From assembly GCA_036522895.1 (NCBI GenBank), contig DATDEX010000279.1, positions 69,793-133,792 on the forward strand: a stretch of 64,000 bases of DNA, in the 5' to 3' direction. Every line of letters starts with the position of its first letter. Position 1 is the first letter of the stretch. The notes below the pieces were generated by a model that was not told the DNA's origin, did no database searches, and worked only from the letters and a program-made list of their open reading frames with translations. The DNA is from Candidatus Eiseniibacteriota bacterium. Its GTDB lineage: Bacteria > Eisenbacteria > RBG-16-71-46. Shown one piece after another: positions 9,173-19,300 of this stretch. Position numbers and translations under genes: made by a program.

Positions 9173-9599
9173 CATGGGGCTGCTGGACAAGCTGAAGTTC
9201 CAACTCTGGGACGACGTCGGCGCCGTCGTCGACCTGATCGCGAAGTGGCGCCCACGCAAGTGTGAAACCGAGAAGGACTTCGAGAAGTCGCTGTACGCCT
9301 ACCTGCACGAGGCGTTCGAGGACACGCAGATCACGAAGCAGTTCGCGCAGGGTCGCATGCGCGCGGACCTCATGGTTGGGGGGAAGGTCATCATCGAGCT
9401 GAAGCACAACCTCGATTCCACGGCGAAGCTCCAGAGGCTCATCGGCCAACTCAGCCAGTACGACTCCTGGAAGGGGCGCGTCATCGTTCTCTTGACCGGG
9501 GAGACGGAGCCGAACCTTCTGAAAGAGCTGAAGCAGTTCATCAGGAAGCAGGGGTGGGACGACCTGGATGGCGAGAAGGTGACAATCACTCAGAAGTAG
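9173..9599 (+). CDS. Hypothetical small protein (142 aa), possible PD-(D/E)xK-like motif
   Basis: RBS GGAGGAG 6 nt before the ATG at 9173. D-x(n)-E-L-K segment RADLMVGGKVIIELK. The upstream part of ORF 8718..9599 is Arg-rich junk. Confidence 0.55.
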
Positions 9600-9673
9600 C
9601 GGCGCGGTTGTGCATCACCGCATCAATCAACGCTTGCAACCGTCGCAAGTCGAGAACAAGGAGTAAGATAGGC

Positions 9674-10612
9674 GTGGCCCCCGCAGCGCTCCGGGCGATC
9701 TTCACTGATGTGGTTCTAGAGCGACTCAGGCGTGCGCCCGAGACGGAGCCGCTGAGCTTCCGACTACATGTACTCACTGGCGAGAGCCTCGGGGATGGCC
9801 CGGAGCACGAGCATCGTGCGCGTTTCTGCGAGGCCCAACGTGGAGCGTGGGCTGCCTATGTGGAAGCCGCTGTCGCGTGTGGCCTGTTCGACGAGCCGCA
9901 TAGGAGCGAACTCGTATCGCGCCTCTCGGGCGTGCATGACGAGAACTTCCGGTCGGCGATGGCGGAGTGCGAAGCGGCATGGTACCTCGGCAGCAAGCTC
10001 GGCCTCGCCGTGTCTGCTCGGCCCCCGGGCGGTGGCAATAGCGAACTCGAACTTCTTGTGACGCTGCCCGACGGCGATGTGCACGTCGAGGTCAAGGCAC
10101 CCTTCCGTGATGCAATCGCCGATGGGATCGTTCGACATGTGGACGACTCAGACATCCTCGACCGTTGCCTTGCCGACGCGTCGAGGCAGTTCAAGAAGTC
10201 GACGCGCAATCTCATCATGCTGGTTGGCAGGATAACACTCGGGACTCGTGCTCGCCGCTTCTTCATTGACGCCTTCTACGCCACGAGGAAGTGGCTCATC
10301 ACGAAACACCTCGTCACGCACACGACCGGGCCGCTGCGGACCGAGTTCGAGCCCACTGGCCGGTTCCTCAAGGTGTGGCCCGGCAACAAAGGGCCGAGAC
10401 ACACGCGAGTCTCCGGTGTGCTCTACGTAGAAGAGCGCATTCGCGACTACCGTAGGCCCGACGGCACCCTCGGACTCCGAGCCGAGCACGACGTCCTTAT
10501 GTTCCACAACCCAAACGCGCTTCACCCGCTTCCCGAAGGACCTTGGGGTGACTGCCCACAGCTGGTCACACGTGGCGAAGCGATGGAATGGACGGATGGG
10601 GCGGATGTCTGA
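9674..10612 (+). CDS. Hypothetical protein (GTG start)
   Basis: RBS AAGGAG at 9658-9663 followed by GTG at 9674. LPDGDVHVEVK segment is nuclease-like but unrecognised. Confidence 0.5.
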   Translation: MAPAALRAIFTDVVLERLRRAPETEPLSFRLHVLTGESLGDGPEHEHRARFCEAQRGAWAAYVEAAVACGLFDEPHRSELVSRLSGVHDENFRSAMAECEAAWYLGSKLGLAVSARPPGGGNSELELLVTLPDGDVHVEVKAPFRDAIADGIVRHVDDSDILDRCLADASRQFKKSTRNLIMLVGRITLGTRARRFFIDAFYATRKWLITKHLVTHTTGPLRTEFEPTGRFLKVWPGNKGPRHTRVSGVLYVEERIRDYRRPDGTLGLRAEHDVLMFHNPNALHPLPEGPWGDCPQLVTRGEAMEWTDGADV

Positions 10613-10887
10613 GCCTTCGGAGCGGCCCCCGCGCCCGTCGGGGCTACTCAAGTACATCGCGCTCGAGCGCTTGGACGCCCTCCGGCTCCGACACCAACGT
10701 CGCCTCCGGTCTCACGCAGAAAGAAGTTGATAGCCTCCGCCAGCTCCTGGAGAAGGAGTGTGGCGTGGTCTGGTCGAACGCTGAAGCCTGGCAGCGAGCG
10801 AGAGAGCTCCTGGCCTTCGCCAAGATCCCGCTCCGGGCGCTGCCAAGTCAGTCTGAGGACGAAGCGCACGATGGTCGAGGGCATTGA
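10588..10887 (+). CDS. Small conserved ORF, family copy A
   Basis: C-terminal ~50 aa LTQKEVDSLRQLLEKECGVVWSNAEAWQRARELLAFAKI is shared with ORFs 11912..12196 and 15598..15798. Confidence 0.45.
   Translation: MDGWGGCLSLRSGPRARRGYSSTSRSSAWTPSGSDTNVASGLTQKEVDSLRQLLEKECGVVWSNAEAWQRARELLAFAKIPLRALPSQSEDEAHDGRGH
10683..10832 (+). repeat. ~150-bp direct repeat, copy 1 (about 90% identical to 11996..12147)
   Basis: Read directly: ctccggctccgacaccaacgtcgcctccggtctcacgcagaaagaagttgat... versus ctccggctcagacatcagcgtcgcctccgctctcacccagaaagaagttgat... Confidence 0.7.
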
Positions 10888-10918
10888 CGTTTGAGACATG
10901 CGGTCCTAATGTGAAACC

Positions 10919-11533
10919 ATGAGTACCAAGACCATGGGTTCAGATCCTGAGCTCAAGCATGCCAAGACGGTCTTTCTGGCAAACGCGCGAGCGCTCAAGA
11001 AGCTCGCGAGAGATCCGAAGCACCGCAACGCACTGGTCTTCGTCGTGGCGAGCGCGTTCATCGAGTATCTGAGTAAACTAGTGTTCACCGGCACAGGTGC
11101 GAAGGAATACAAGAAGTTCGTGCGCTCGTACCTCGCCAGGACCAGGAAACGGTACCGCACCTTTACCTACCGGTTCACGGGTGCGCCCGCAAAGCGAGAT
11201 CTGCCGGAGCAAATGTACCACGTGCTTAGATGTGGAGCGGTGCACGGCTATTCACTCGTTCCAGATCAAAGAGCCATAGCTCACGGGGGGCGGACGAGAT
11301 CAATAGTGGTAGCTCATCGGATCTCGAAGAATACCCACCTGTCGCTCAGATACCTTGGCGGGCAACCGACCTGCGTCTTCATTGCCGAAGATTTCGCGGC
11401 GGATATTGAGGCCACGGTCCAGCACATCATCAGCGAGGCTAGGAAGAACAAGGCGCTGGCCAAGCGGATTGCCGACCGCATGAGAAAGCATCCGCCGATA
11501 CAGGGCGGGTTTGCCCTGACGGCAAAACGCTAG
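10919..11533 (+). CDS. Hypothetical protein (204 aa) in a lower-GC patch, flanked by the 150-bp direct repeats
   Basis: Complete ORF with a basic C-terminus. Local GC is clearly lower than the surroundings. Confidence 0.55.
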   Translation: MSTKTMGSDPELKHAKTVFLANARALKKLARDPKHRNALVFVVASAFIEYLSKLVFTGTGAKEYKKFVRSYLARTRKRYRTFTYRFTGAPAKRDLPEQMYHVLRCGAVHGYSLVPDQRAIAHGGRTRSIVVAHRISKNTHLSLRYLGGQPTCVFIAEDFAADIEATVQHIISEARKNKALAKRIADRMRKHPPIQGGFALTAKR

Positions 11534-11639
11534 TATTGGACGGGGCGTCCGATCACAAACGTATGAGGCATTGGAGGTGGTGCTTAGGATGTCACCGCTA
11601 TGCGCGCGTCAACCCACCTTGCTAGAGTGAGATGCTTCT

Positions 11640-11775
11640 GGTCTGACGGCGACACTGAAGCGTGGAAGAGGCGGAAAGTACTCTGCTTTGTGCAACCAGG
11701 TTCGCAGGTTCTTCACGACGCTCAGGCGTACAATTCTCGTACGCGTCCACCCCCCTGCACTGGGGACAACTCGGC
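11640..11775 (-). pseudogene. C-terminal remnant (~45 aa) of a large serine recombinase paralogue
   Basis: Own translation: ...AGGWTRTRIVRLSVVKNLRTWLHKAEYFPPLPRFSVAVR. Compare the intact recombinase C-terminus ...SGGGSNIHCLSVAKDLRRWLQKAAYFPPLPRFTNEPR (13918..). Confidence 0.55.
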
Positions 11776-11911
11776 TGGTACGGCTAACCTTGGCGGCAGT
11801 TGTCCACTTCTCCTGGGGGAGAAGACGCGACCTGGCGCGCAGAATCCTGGGTGGCGGCGAGGACGTGCGAACTGAGAGTGCTGTTCGCTGATCTTCTGCC
11901 TGCCGGGGTCA

Positions 11912-12196
11912 ATGGTCTTACTCGTAACCACGATCCCTATGACCCAGAGCCACAGTCTCCTTGATACCCCTCCTGAAGCCGCCCCCGAACCAAGCTCCGG
12001 CTCAGACATCAGCGTCGCCTCCGCTCTCACCCAGAAAGAAGTTGATCGCCTCCGCCAGCTCCTGGAGAGGGAGTGTGGGGTCGCGTTGTCGAACGCGGAA
12101 GCCTGGCAGCGAGCAAGAGAGCTCCTGGCCTTCGCCAAGATCCTACTGGAATCGCTTCCTCCCAGACGGTCAGGCTCGGGCCTATCTCGGCTGTAG
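11912..12196 (+). CDS. Small conserved ORF, family copy B
   Basis: ...LTQKEVDRLRQLLERECGVALSNAEAWQRARELLAFAKILL. Confidence 0.45.
   Translation: MVLLVTTIPMTQSHSLLDTPPEAAPEPSSGSDISVASALTQKEVDRLRQLLERECGVALSNAEAWQRARELLAFAKILLESLPPRRSGSGLSRL
11996..12147 (+). repeat. ~150-bp direct repeat, copy 2
   Basis: See copy 1. Confidence 0.7.
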
Positions 12197-12228
12197 AACA
12201 AAACGCACCCGCGCCACAACGATTGACG

Positions 12229-12846
12229 TCAGTCAGCGTAGCTCCAGTGCCACCACTCGGGGGCATAGCCCAAGAAGCCCGCTTTGCTCAAAGCCGACCT
12301 CAGCTTGCGGCGATTCCGCCTCGCTTCGCCCTCGAGGGGAGTAAGCCTTTTCCTGCCCTCGAAATAGTCCAATGCTGCCCTCGGGGTGAGATCGTCATGG
12401 TCCGTTCCCATGTATAGCTCGACGCCTTGGCGGTCGACGATCGTAATGTCGAAAGAACCGCCGTTTCGGTGAGTATCAGGACGCGTAATCACTGCCCGAG
12501 GCCGGCCGCCGAACCGGTAGAGTAGGTCAAGGCGTGCACGTTGCGAGCGCCGCGGGTACATCAGACGCAATCGTCTGCGGAAGCTTCCAAGCATAGCGCG
12601 CTCAACCTTCCGGGTTCGCCACGCATCCCATACCTTGAACCTAAACCCAACCGGCAACATGGCCTCTGCATCGACCAGGGCTCGGGCGGCGGATTCCCGT
12701 GCGTAAAGTCGCGGAGATCTTGACCAACCAAAGAAGTAGTACCGGGGTTCGAGCAAGAACCCGAACGACGCTAAGTCAACGAACTTTCGAGAACTTGCAC
12801 TGTGGTACGATGGCGTGTAAACGGCTCGTGAGTTTTTCCCGTCCAT
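12229..12846 (-). CDS. Peptidase M15 family (VanY/D-Ala-D-Ala carboxypeptidase-like) protein
   Basis: HRNGGSFDITIVD (H-x-x-G-x-x-D) and C-terminal EWWHWSY (E-x-x-H) zinc-binding motifs. Confidence 0.65.
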   Translation of the reverse strand: MDGKNSRAVYTPSYHSASSRKFVDLASFGFLLEPRYYFFGWSRSPRLYARESAARALVDAEAMLPVGFRFKVWDAWRTRKVERAMLGSFRRRLRLMYPRRSQRARLDLLYRFGGRPRAVITRPDTHRNGGSFDITIVDRQGVELYMGTDHDDLTPRAALDYFEGRKRLTPLEGEARRNRRKLRSALSKAGFLGYAPEWWHWSYAD

Positions 12847-12902
12847 AGTTTTAGTCTACGCGACCAAGGGATTCTGTCAATGCACCGCTCCAGTCCAAAC
12901 CT

Positions 12903-13793
12903 GTGAACTTCGATCCTCCATCTCCTGCCAGCAAAGTTGCCTTCGTCAGCTCGACTGTGTACGACCTTGAACGCGAGCGCTCACTCCTCCGCTCCGTCCT
13001 CGAGGACTTCGTCGGTCCCGTGCGATTCACCGCTCTGCTGAGCGAAGACCCAGCATTTCCCCTGACTCCCCTCGATCTAGCCGAGAAACATTCCTATCAG
13101 ATCTGCCTCGACAAGATTGCCGAGGCTGACTATTTCCTTCTCCTTATCAAGAATCGGTACGGCGCCACCAATGTCCCGGATGGCGACGACATGATCTCGA
13201 TCACTCACCGCGAATACCGGGAGGCGTACCGGCTTCGCCTACCGCTCTTTACGTTTGTCGATCGTAGGACGTGGAACGCGCGAAATCGTCATAAGAAGGG
13301 CAACGTCCAGCGATTCGTCCCGAGCACCCAGTTGCGAGTGTTTGACCTTTTGGATGAAATCACCCGTCAGCCGCGAAGCATGTGGCTTAACATCTACCGA
13401 AACCCCAGGGACATTCGGACCGTTGTCGAGAGGGCACTCTTTTCCTTCGACGATTCGGTCTTCGTGGCCGATGTTACGATCCCCGATGGAACGATCGTGC
13501 ACGCGAACCAGACGTTCGAGAAGATCTGGGAGATCCGCAATAATGGTTGTGTGATATGGGAGAACCGGCGACTGCAGGAGGACAATACTGGGGCTTCGGG
13601 CCTCGTGCCGGCCGAGGGGAGGATAGAAGTTCCGCGAACTCTCCCCGGAAGCACGGTGAGACTTAGTGTCACCTTCAAGGCACCGCCATATCCATGCACC
13701 TGTGAGTCCTATTGGAAGATGATCGGCCCCGATGGACGCCTTCTGTTCCCGAACAAGAAGGGTCTGTATTGTCGTATTAAGGTCGTCTTTTGA
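12903..13793 (+). CDS. DUF4062 (TIR-like) N-terminal domain + Nbr1-FW-like C-terminal domain protein
   Basis: VAFVSSTVYDLERERSLLRSVLE (DUF4062 signature). C-terminal VTIPDGTIVHANQTFEKIWEIRNNGCVIWEN (FW-domain pattern with conserved Trp). Confidence 0.6.
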   Translation: MNFDPPSPASKVAFVSSTVYDLERERSLLRSVLEDFVGPVRFTALLSEDPAFPLTPLDLAEKHSYQICLDKIAEADYFLLLIKNRYGATNVPDGDDMISITHREYREAYRLRLPLFTFVDRRTWNARNRHKKGNVQRFVPSTQLRVFDLLDEITRQPRSMWLNIYRNPRDIRTVVERALFSFDDSVFVADVTIPDGTIVHANQTFEKIWEIRNNGCVIWENRRLQEDNTGASGLVPAEGRIEVPRTLPGSTVRLSVTFKAPPYPCTCESYWKMIGPDGRLLFPNKKGLYCRIKVVF

Positions 13794-13917
13794 CTCTGCG
13801 GCCTTGGTCCTGATAACGAAGCCCTAGCGGGTTCGGTATTCAGGATGCGGGCGCGAACCATTAGCGTCACGCACGGACGAAGTCGTGAGCGTCAGTACGT
13901 CCGCCCCCCTTGTGAGA

Positions 13918-15510
13918 TCAAGCTGCGTGTGGTGCGGTCTCACGAGGCTCGTTGGTGAAGCGCGGAAGCGGCGGGAAATACGCTGCTTTCTGCAACCACC
14001 TTCGGAGGTCCTTCGCGACGCTCAAGCAGTGTATATTCGACCCTCCGCCAGACAGGAACGAGAACGGTTCCTTGGCTAGGTAGACGCATTTCTTGTCCTC
14101 GACGATCCAGTTGGAACTCACCGCCTGGAGAATCTGCCGGCGTCCAACGGGATCGTCCTTGGCCTTCAAGAACGCGGCGGGCGCGGTGGCCGAGAACTCG
14201 AGGATCTCCGCAGCGCGGTCAACCAGTTGCTCCGTGGTGCTGGCGGGCTGGGTGAGCTTCTGACGGAGACTCGCCTTCCTCGCCTGCAGATCCGCGCGAC
14301 GGGGCTCGAATGTCTCGTCGTCGATCTGGTCGCGCTGCTTCATGGTCACGAGCCGACCCCACTCCTGCTCGGTGGCTGCCAGGGCCGCTCGGAGGGAGTG
14401 GCGGGTGGTCTCGTGTCGGGCCTTATCGCGGCTGAGGTCGCGCCGGAGGTTCTCGAGGATCCATTGACCGGTCTCGGGTGGGACGGCCAGGCGCCGCAGA
14501 TCGTTCAGGATCTGGGTTTCGAAGACGTGCTCGGGCAGAGCCGGTGCCGTGCAGTGGCGAGGGGCAAGGCGGCCACGGCAGCGGTAATACAGGTACGTCT
14601 TGCCGTTCGGCCGCGGGTGCAGTTCGGGGGTGAGGACGCCCTGGCACTGCCCGCAGCGCAGCATCCCCGAGTAGGCGAATTCGTGCTTGCTGGGGCGTGG
14701 CCGGCTCGATCGGCCGAGGATCTCCTGGGCACGGTCGAACTCCTCCTGGGTCACCATTGCCGGCCAACGGCCGGTCCACGTCTCGCCCGTGGCACGGTGA
14801 AGGGGTAGGCCGAGGTAGAAACGGCTCTTGAAGATCTTGTAGACGAGCTGCACCTGGATGAGATTGCCCCCTGCGTGGGAACTTTTCGGCGTGCGGAGGC
14901 CCAGCTCGTCGTTGGCGTACTTCGCGATCTGGCTCGGGCGCATGGCCCCGCTCAGGAGCATGTCCCAGAGGCGGCGGACGAGATCGAAGCGGAGCGGATC
15001 CTTGATGGTCTCCTTCGTCCCGCGCTCCTCCAAGTAGCCGATCGGGGGGCGATAGCTCGGCCAGCCGCGTTCGCGCCGGGCCCGCATCCCGCGCTTGATG
15101 TTGGCGCGCAGGTCGTCGATGAACTTGGTGGCTACCCCGAACTCGAACCCGGCCATGAAGCGGTCGTTACCGTCGCCCGTGTAGGTCCGGTCCGGCGTGA
15201 TGACCGACTGCAGCCGGTGGTCGGCCAGCGCTTGCAGGACGCGGCCCGTATCGGCGTGGTTCCTGGCCAGCCGGTCCGCTTTCCAGCACAGGATCGACCC
15301 GACCTCACCGCGGTCCACCCGCCGCATCAGTTGGTCGAAGACCAGTCGGCCCGGTGCCTTCGCCGAACGGGCTTCGGTCAGGACATCGCTCACCACCAGG
15401 CCCTGCCGAAGCGCGACGAGCTTCAGTTCCTGAATCTGGGAATCGATCGAGAGGACCTGGCGGTCGTCGGACTCGGTGGATTTTCTGGCGTAGATGACGT
15501 GGGTGGACAT
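13918..15510 (-). CDS. Large serine recombinase (resolvase + recombinase + zinc-ribbon domains)
   Basis: N-terminal YARKST...SIDSQ catalytic Ser region. Recombinase domain. CGQCQG...YYRC zinc ribbon. 530 aa. Confidence 0.9.
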   Translation of the reverse strand: MSTHVIYARKSTESDDRQVLSIDSQIQELKLVALRQGLVVSDVLTEARSAKAPGRLVFDQLMRRVDRGEVGSILCWKADRLARNHADTGRVLQALADHRLQSVITPDRTYTGDGNDRFMAGFEFGVATKFIDDLRANIKRGMRARRERGWPSYRPPIGYLEERGTKETIKDPLRFDLVRRLWDMLLSGAMRPSQIAKYANDELGLRTPKSSHAGGNLIQVQLVYKIFKSRFYLGLPLHRATGETWTGRWPAMVTQEEFDRAQEILGRSSRPRPSKHEFAYSGMLRCGQCQGVLTPELHPRPNGKTYLYYRCRGRLAPRHCTAPALPEHVFETQILNDLRRLAVPPETGQWILENLRRDLSRDKARHETTRHSLRAALAATEQEWGRLVTMKQRDQIDDETFEPRRADLQARKASLRQKLTQPASTTEQLVDRAAEILEFSATAPAAFLKAKDDPVGRRQILQAVSSNWIVEDKKCVYLAKEPFSFLSGGGSNIHCLSVAKDLRRWLQKAAYFPPLPRFTNEPRETAPHAA

Positions 15511-15597
15511 GCGAGGTGAAGGTTCACTGGTATCAATTCAACATGGGAGGAAATCCGTCAAGGTTGCAGGAGCGAGGACGTGCGAACGGACACAAGA

Positions 15598-15798
15598 TCA
15601 CGCCCCCTTGGGTGGCAAGGAGTTGAGGAGCACCTTGGCGAACGCCAGTACCTCGATAGCCCGGGTCCAGGCGGCTTCCATCGTCAGTTCGACACCGCAC
15701 TCCCGGCGGATGATGTCCCGGAAGCGAGCGACCTCGGCCGTGGTCAAACCGAAAGCGAAGCGGCCATGGTCACCCGATCTGTCTGCGTCAAGCGGCAT
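15598..15798 (-). CDS. Small conserved ORF, family copy C, immediately upstream of the serine recombinase
   Basis: LTTAEVARFRDIIRRECGVELTMEAAWTRAIEVLAFAKVLLNSLPP. Divergent paralogue of copies A and B. Confidence 0.45.
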   Translation of the reverse strand: MPLDADRSGDHGRFAFGLTTAEVARFRDIIRRECGVELTMEAAWTRAIEVLAFAKVLLNSLPPKGA

Positions 15799-16361
15799 GC
15801 CTTCAGCATGCGCCCAACTCAGTCAGGTTCGTAGGTGGGGCGAATCGTGATCGGCAAGCGCTCCTGTGGAATGAAACGTTGGCGAATCCTGAGGCGCAGT
15901 TGGCCCGAGCCTTAGGCCATGGTGTCGGACGGGCGATCTTATGCGCGGGTGGTTGCCCGCGGGGTTGCTCATCACGATGAGATGACCGTAGCTCGATATC
16001 AGGCTCGTGGATGATCAGCAACCGCTCGGCCTCGACCCCGGTCAGCGGCTGGCGGTTTTGGTACTCGCTGCCGGTCAATCAGCGATTGAGCCGGCCCTCG
16101 GCGGCAGGCGCGCACACGCTAAGCTGGGCCGAACACATGGGGGCGACCGGGACTACGATCCTAGGAAGTTGTCTCGGCTGCACAACGCCAAGTCGGACAA
16201 GAGGAACCCGCCCCGGAAGGGCGCGACTTCTCGTCATGCGCCAGTACTTCGATGATCACGGGTCTGCTGACGTCGCACAAAGGCCTTGTCCCTTCAAACA
16301 CTTGCACCGGATACTCATCCTGAACTTAGGGGTCGACCTGCCGTAACTTGCCGGAGGACCC

Positions 16362-19300
16362 ATGCGAAAGGCTGCATCACGCAAGCGCCTCCACGCCATC
16401 TTGGTTGTCGCAGTCCTCGTTTGCATCTTCCCACGGAACGTTCCCGGACAGTGTCGCTCACTGCGGACCTTCAGCTTGCCCGCAGGAGTGGCGGGGATCA
16501 GTGGAGTCGGGGATTTCGACGGTGACGGAATCCCCGACATTGCCTCGTTGGAAGCCGCCTTTGACAGCTCTCGGGGACGCGTGGAGGTCTTCTCCGGTCG
16601 CAGCGGCGCGGTTATTCGCACATTTGAGGGTGAAGCGCGCCGGGATAACTTCGGGCACTCAATCGCCGTACTCCCCGATCTGAACGGCGACCACATCGCA
16701 GAATTGCTGGTTTCAGCCCCGGGGCACAGTTCGAACGGCTTCACTGAAAACGGCAGGGTCTACGTGTTCAGTGGTGCTGCTGGTGCGTTGCTGTTCCCTC
16801 CCAAGGACGGCGAAAGGGACCTCGAATCATATGGTACCGCTGTGGCCCCAGCGGGGGACTTCGACAGCGACGGCACGCCCGACTTCATTGTAGGCACAGA
16901 CACCCATAGCCCGCCCGGCCTCCCGCAGGCGGGCGGGATCTCCGTGTTCTCGGGCCGGGACGGCCATGAGGTGTTTCACCGCGACGGCACGACCAGCTTT
17001 GGATTCTTTGGGGCCGCCGTCGGCGCAGTTGGCGATTTCAACGGTGACCACGTCGATGACATCTTCGTCGACGAACCAAGTAGCCAGCCGGGGAATGCCC
17101 ACGCATACGTGTTTTCTGGCGGCTCAGGTCAGCTGCTCGCCCAAATTGACGGTCCGAACGATCATCGGACGTTTGGCAGCCCGATTGCGGGCATCGGTGA
17201 TTTCAATGGCGACGGACTCGCGGACGTCATGCTCACTGATCTGGTAGGCGCCAAGTTCGACCTGTTCCTAGGCCGCAAGGGATCGGGAACTGTCCTGACC
17301 TTCGCAGGAGCTGACATCGTCGTGCAGGGTGTTCAGGGCTTCGCCGCTCCGATCGGTGATCTCGACAAAGATGGTCTAGCCGACTTCGTGGTCAGTGGCA
17401 CGCCTTCGCCCGGATCTGGGTCGGCTCCCGGCTACTACGCCTTCAACGGCAGACGCGAGGGCCCGTTTCCCCTCGTATTGACCACGGCCGATGCCCATTC
17501 GAGTTGCCTTGGTGACGCATTTCCTCCTGCCCCGGTATGGCCCGCTGGAGACACAGACGGTAATGGAGTGCCCGAGGCGATCGTGAACGTTACGTGCGGA
17601 GGAGTCGTGTGCTTTCGGGTTTTCGAGTTTGGCGCGATGGAGATGCGAGACATCCAAAATCCGGCGTGGATGGATTCGCAGTTTCGAATAACGACGGATC
17701 AGAATATACTGGCGCGCGGCGGGCAATCGAGGATTGGCGTCGCTGCCGATGGGGTGACAACTCTCTTGCTACGCATCCATACAGAGACGCTAAGCTCGGT
17801 GCGCTTTTCGCTCTCGACGCCTCATGATCTGGGGGACATTGGACTGGGTCGACTCCTTCCGCTCGTCACGGTGGGGACACCTGGTACGACGCTCACTGTG
17901 CCCGCGGTCAACACAAACGACGGACCGATGGCCTTTGTGCTGTACCAGGCGCCGCTCGACTTCGAGCGTCTTGACAAGCCCGACGACAAGTCGCTGGCCA
18001 CGAGGCTCGTCCGCATCTCCTGTCAGGTGGAAGGAGCCGCAGGTCCGGAAGGCAAGGTACAGGCCGATCTCGTGATTCTGCGGCCACCGGTCGTCCTGTG
18101 TCACGGCCTTTGGTCATCGAGCGATGCGTGGAAATGGCCGACCCTCCTTTCCGACCCACGCTGGGCAGAAGGCAATTTCAAGATAGACTATCGAATGACC
18201 CACGCCGCCGCGCTTCAAGTAAATGCGCCAGTTGTTCGAACAGGAATCGACTCCGCTCGGGCCGCGTTCCATGCTGCCGGGATCGCGTGCGCACAAGTCG
18301 ATTTCATAGGCCACTCGATGGGCGGCGTACTCGGTCGGGTTCAGGCGGCATCGCCAGGGTATCTTCGGCTCGATAACGAAGGGCAAGGCGACTACCACAA
18401 GTACATTGCGCTGGATTCGCCCTTCCTCGGCTCACCCGTTGCGGCGTGGGCCGCAAAGGTGAGGGCCATCCTCCAGCGTCCTTTGCCTGGACTCCGCGTC
18501 GCCTACGTCCGCATCGTGATTGCCGTGAAGGCGGGCCTAGGTTTTGGGAACGAGCGGATCCTCGATTTCCTGGGCCCGGCGCTCGTCGACCTCTCCCCGG
18601 GGAGCGCGGCGCTTTCGGGGCTGGTCGGCATCGCTGCCCCGTCACACACGCACGTCGGGACGGGCGGCAGCGACTTGTTCCTGCAAAACCACTCCGACTA
18701 CAAATTGGCGAGCAAGTCAGATGACAAGGCACGACTGTTGTGGATCGACCACTACATCACCAGTCACGACGGGGGTGACCCGTTTCCCGGGATCGTTAAC
18801 GACGGCGTTGTGTCATCAGAGAGCCAGTCTGGTGGTCTCGTGGGTCAGGCCGTGTCGACTTCGTCGTTCCTCGACGGCCTCCACACTGTGGTCACGTCGT
18901 CCACGACCGTCGAAGCGACCGTCAGGGAGCTCCTCCTCGCGCCGGTGAACTCGCCGCAGTTCGCTCCCCGCCTGCCGGCCAACCCCGTGGTGGCAGCCTT
19001 CAAACAGTCTCAGTCAGGCGCTGTGGGCGGTGACGAGGCCCCGTCGACGACCCTGCACTTCGTAGGCACGCTTCCTTCGTTCACCTCGCCTGCCCCCGGA
19101 ACGTCTGTGGAGCCGGATACTCGGGTCGCGTTCCAGCTCGGCGGAGGAGGGCCGCCCCTGAGTGACTTGCTCGTCTTTACGCAGGGAACCATCGAGCCGG
19201 TCGATCCGGCCGCGCGAAGCGGATCGATCTTGATTCCCGAGGGCGTCGACGAGGTCGAGCTGAATGCGATCGGGTTCACGTCGGACAACGGTCTCGTCGA

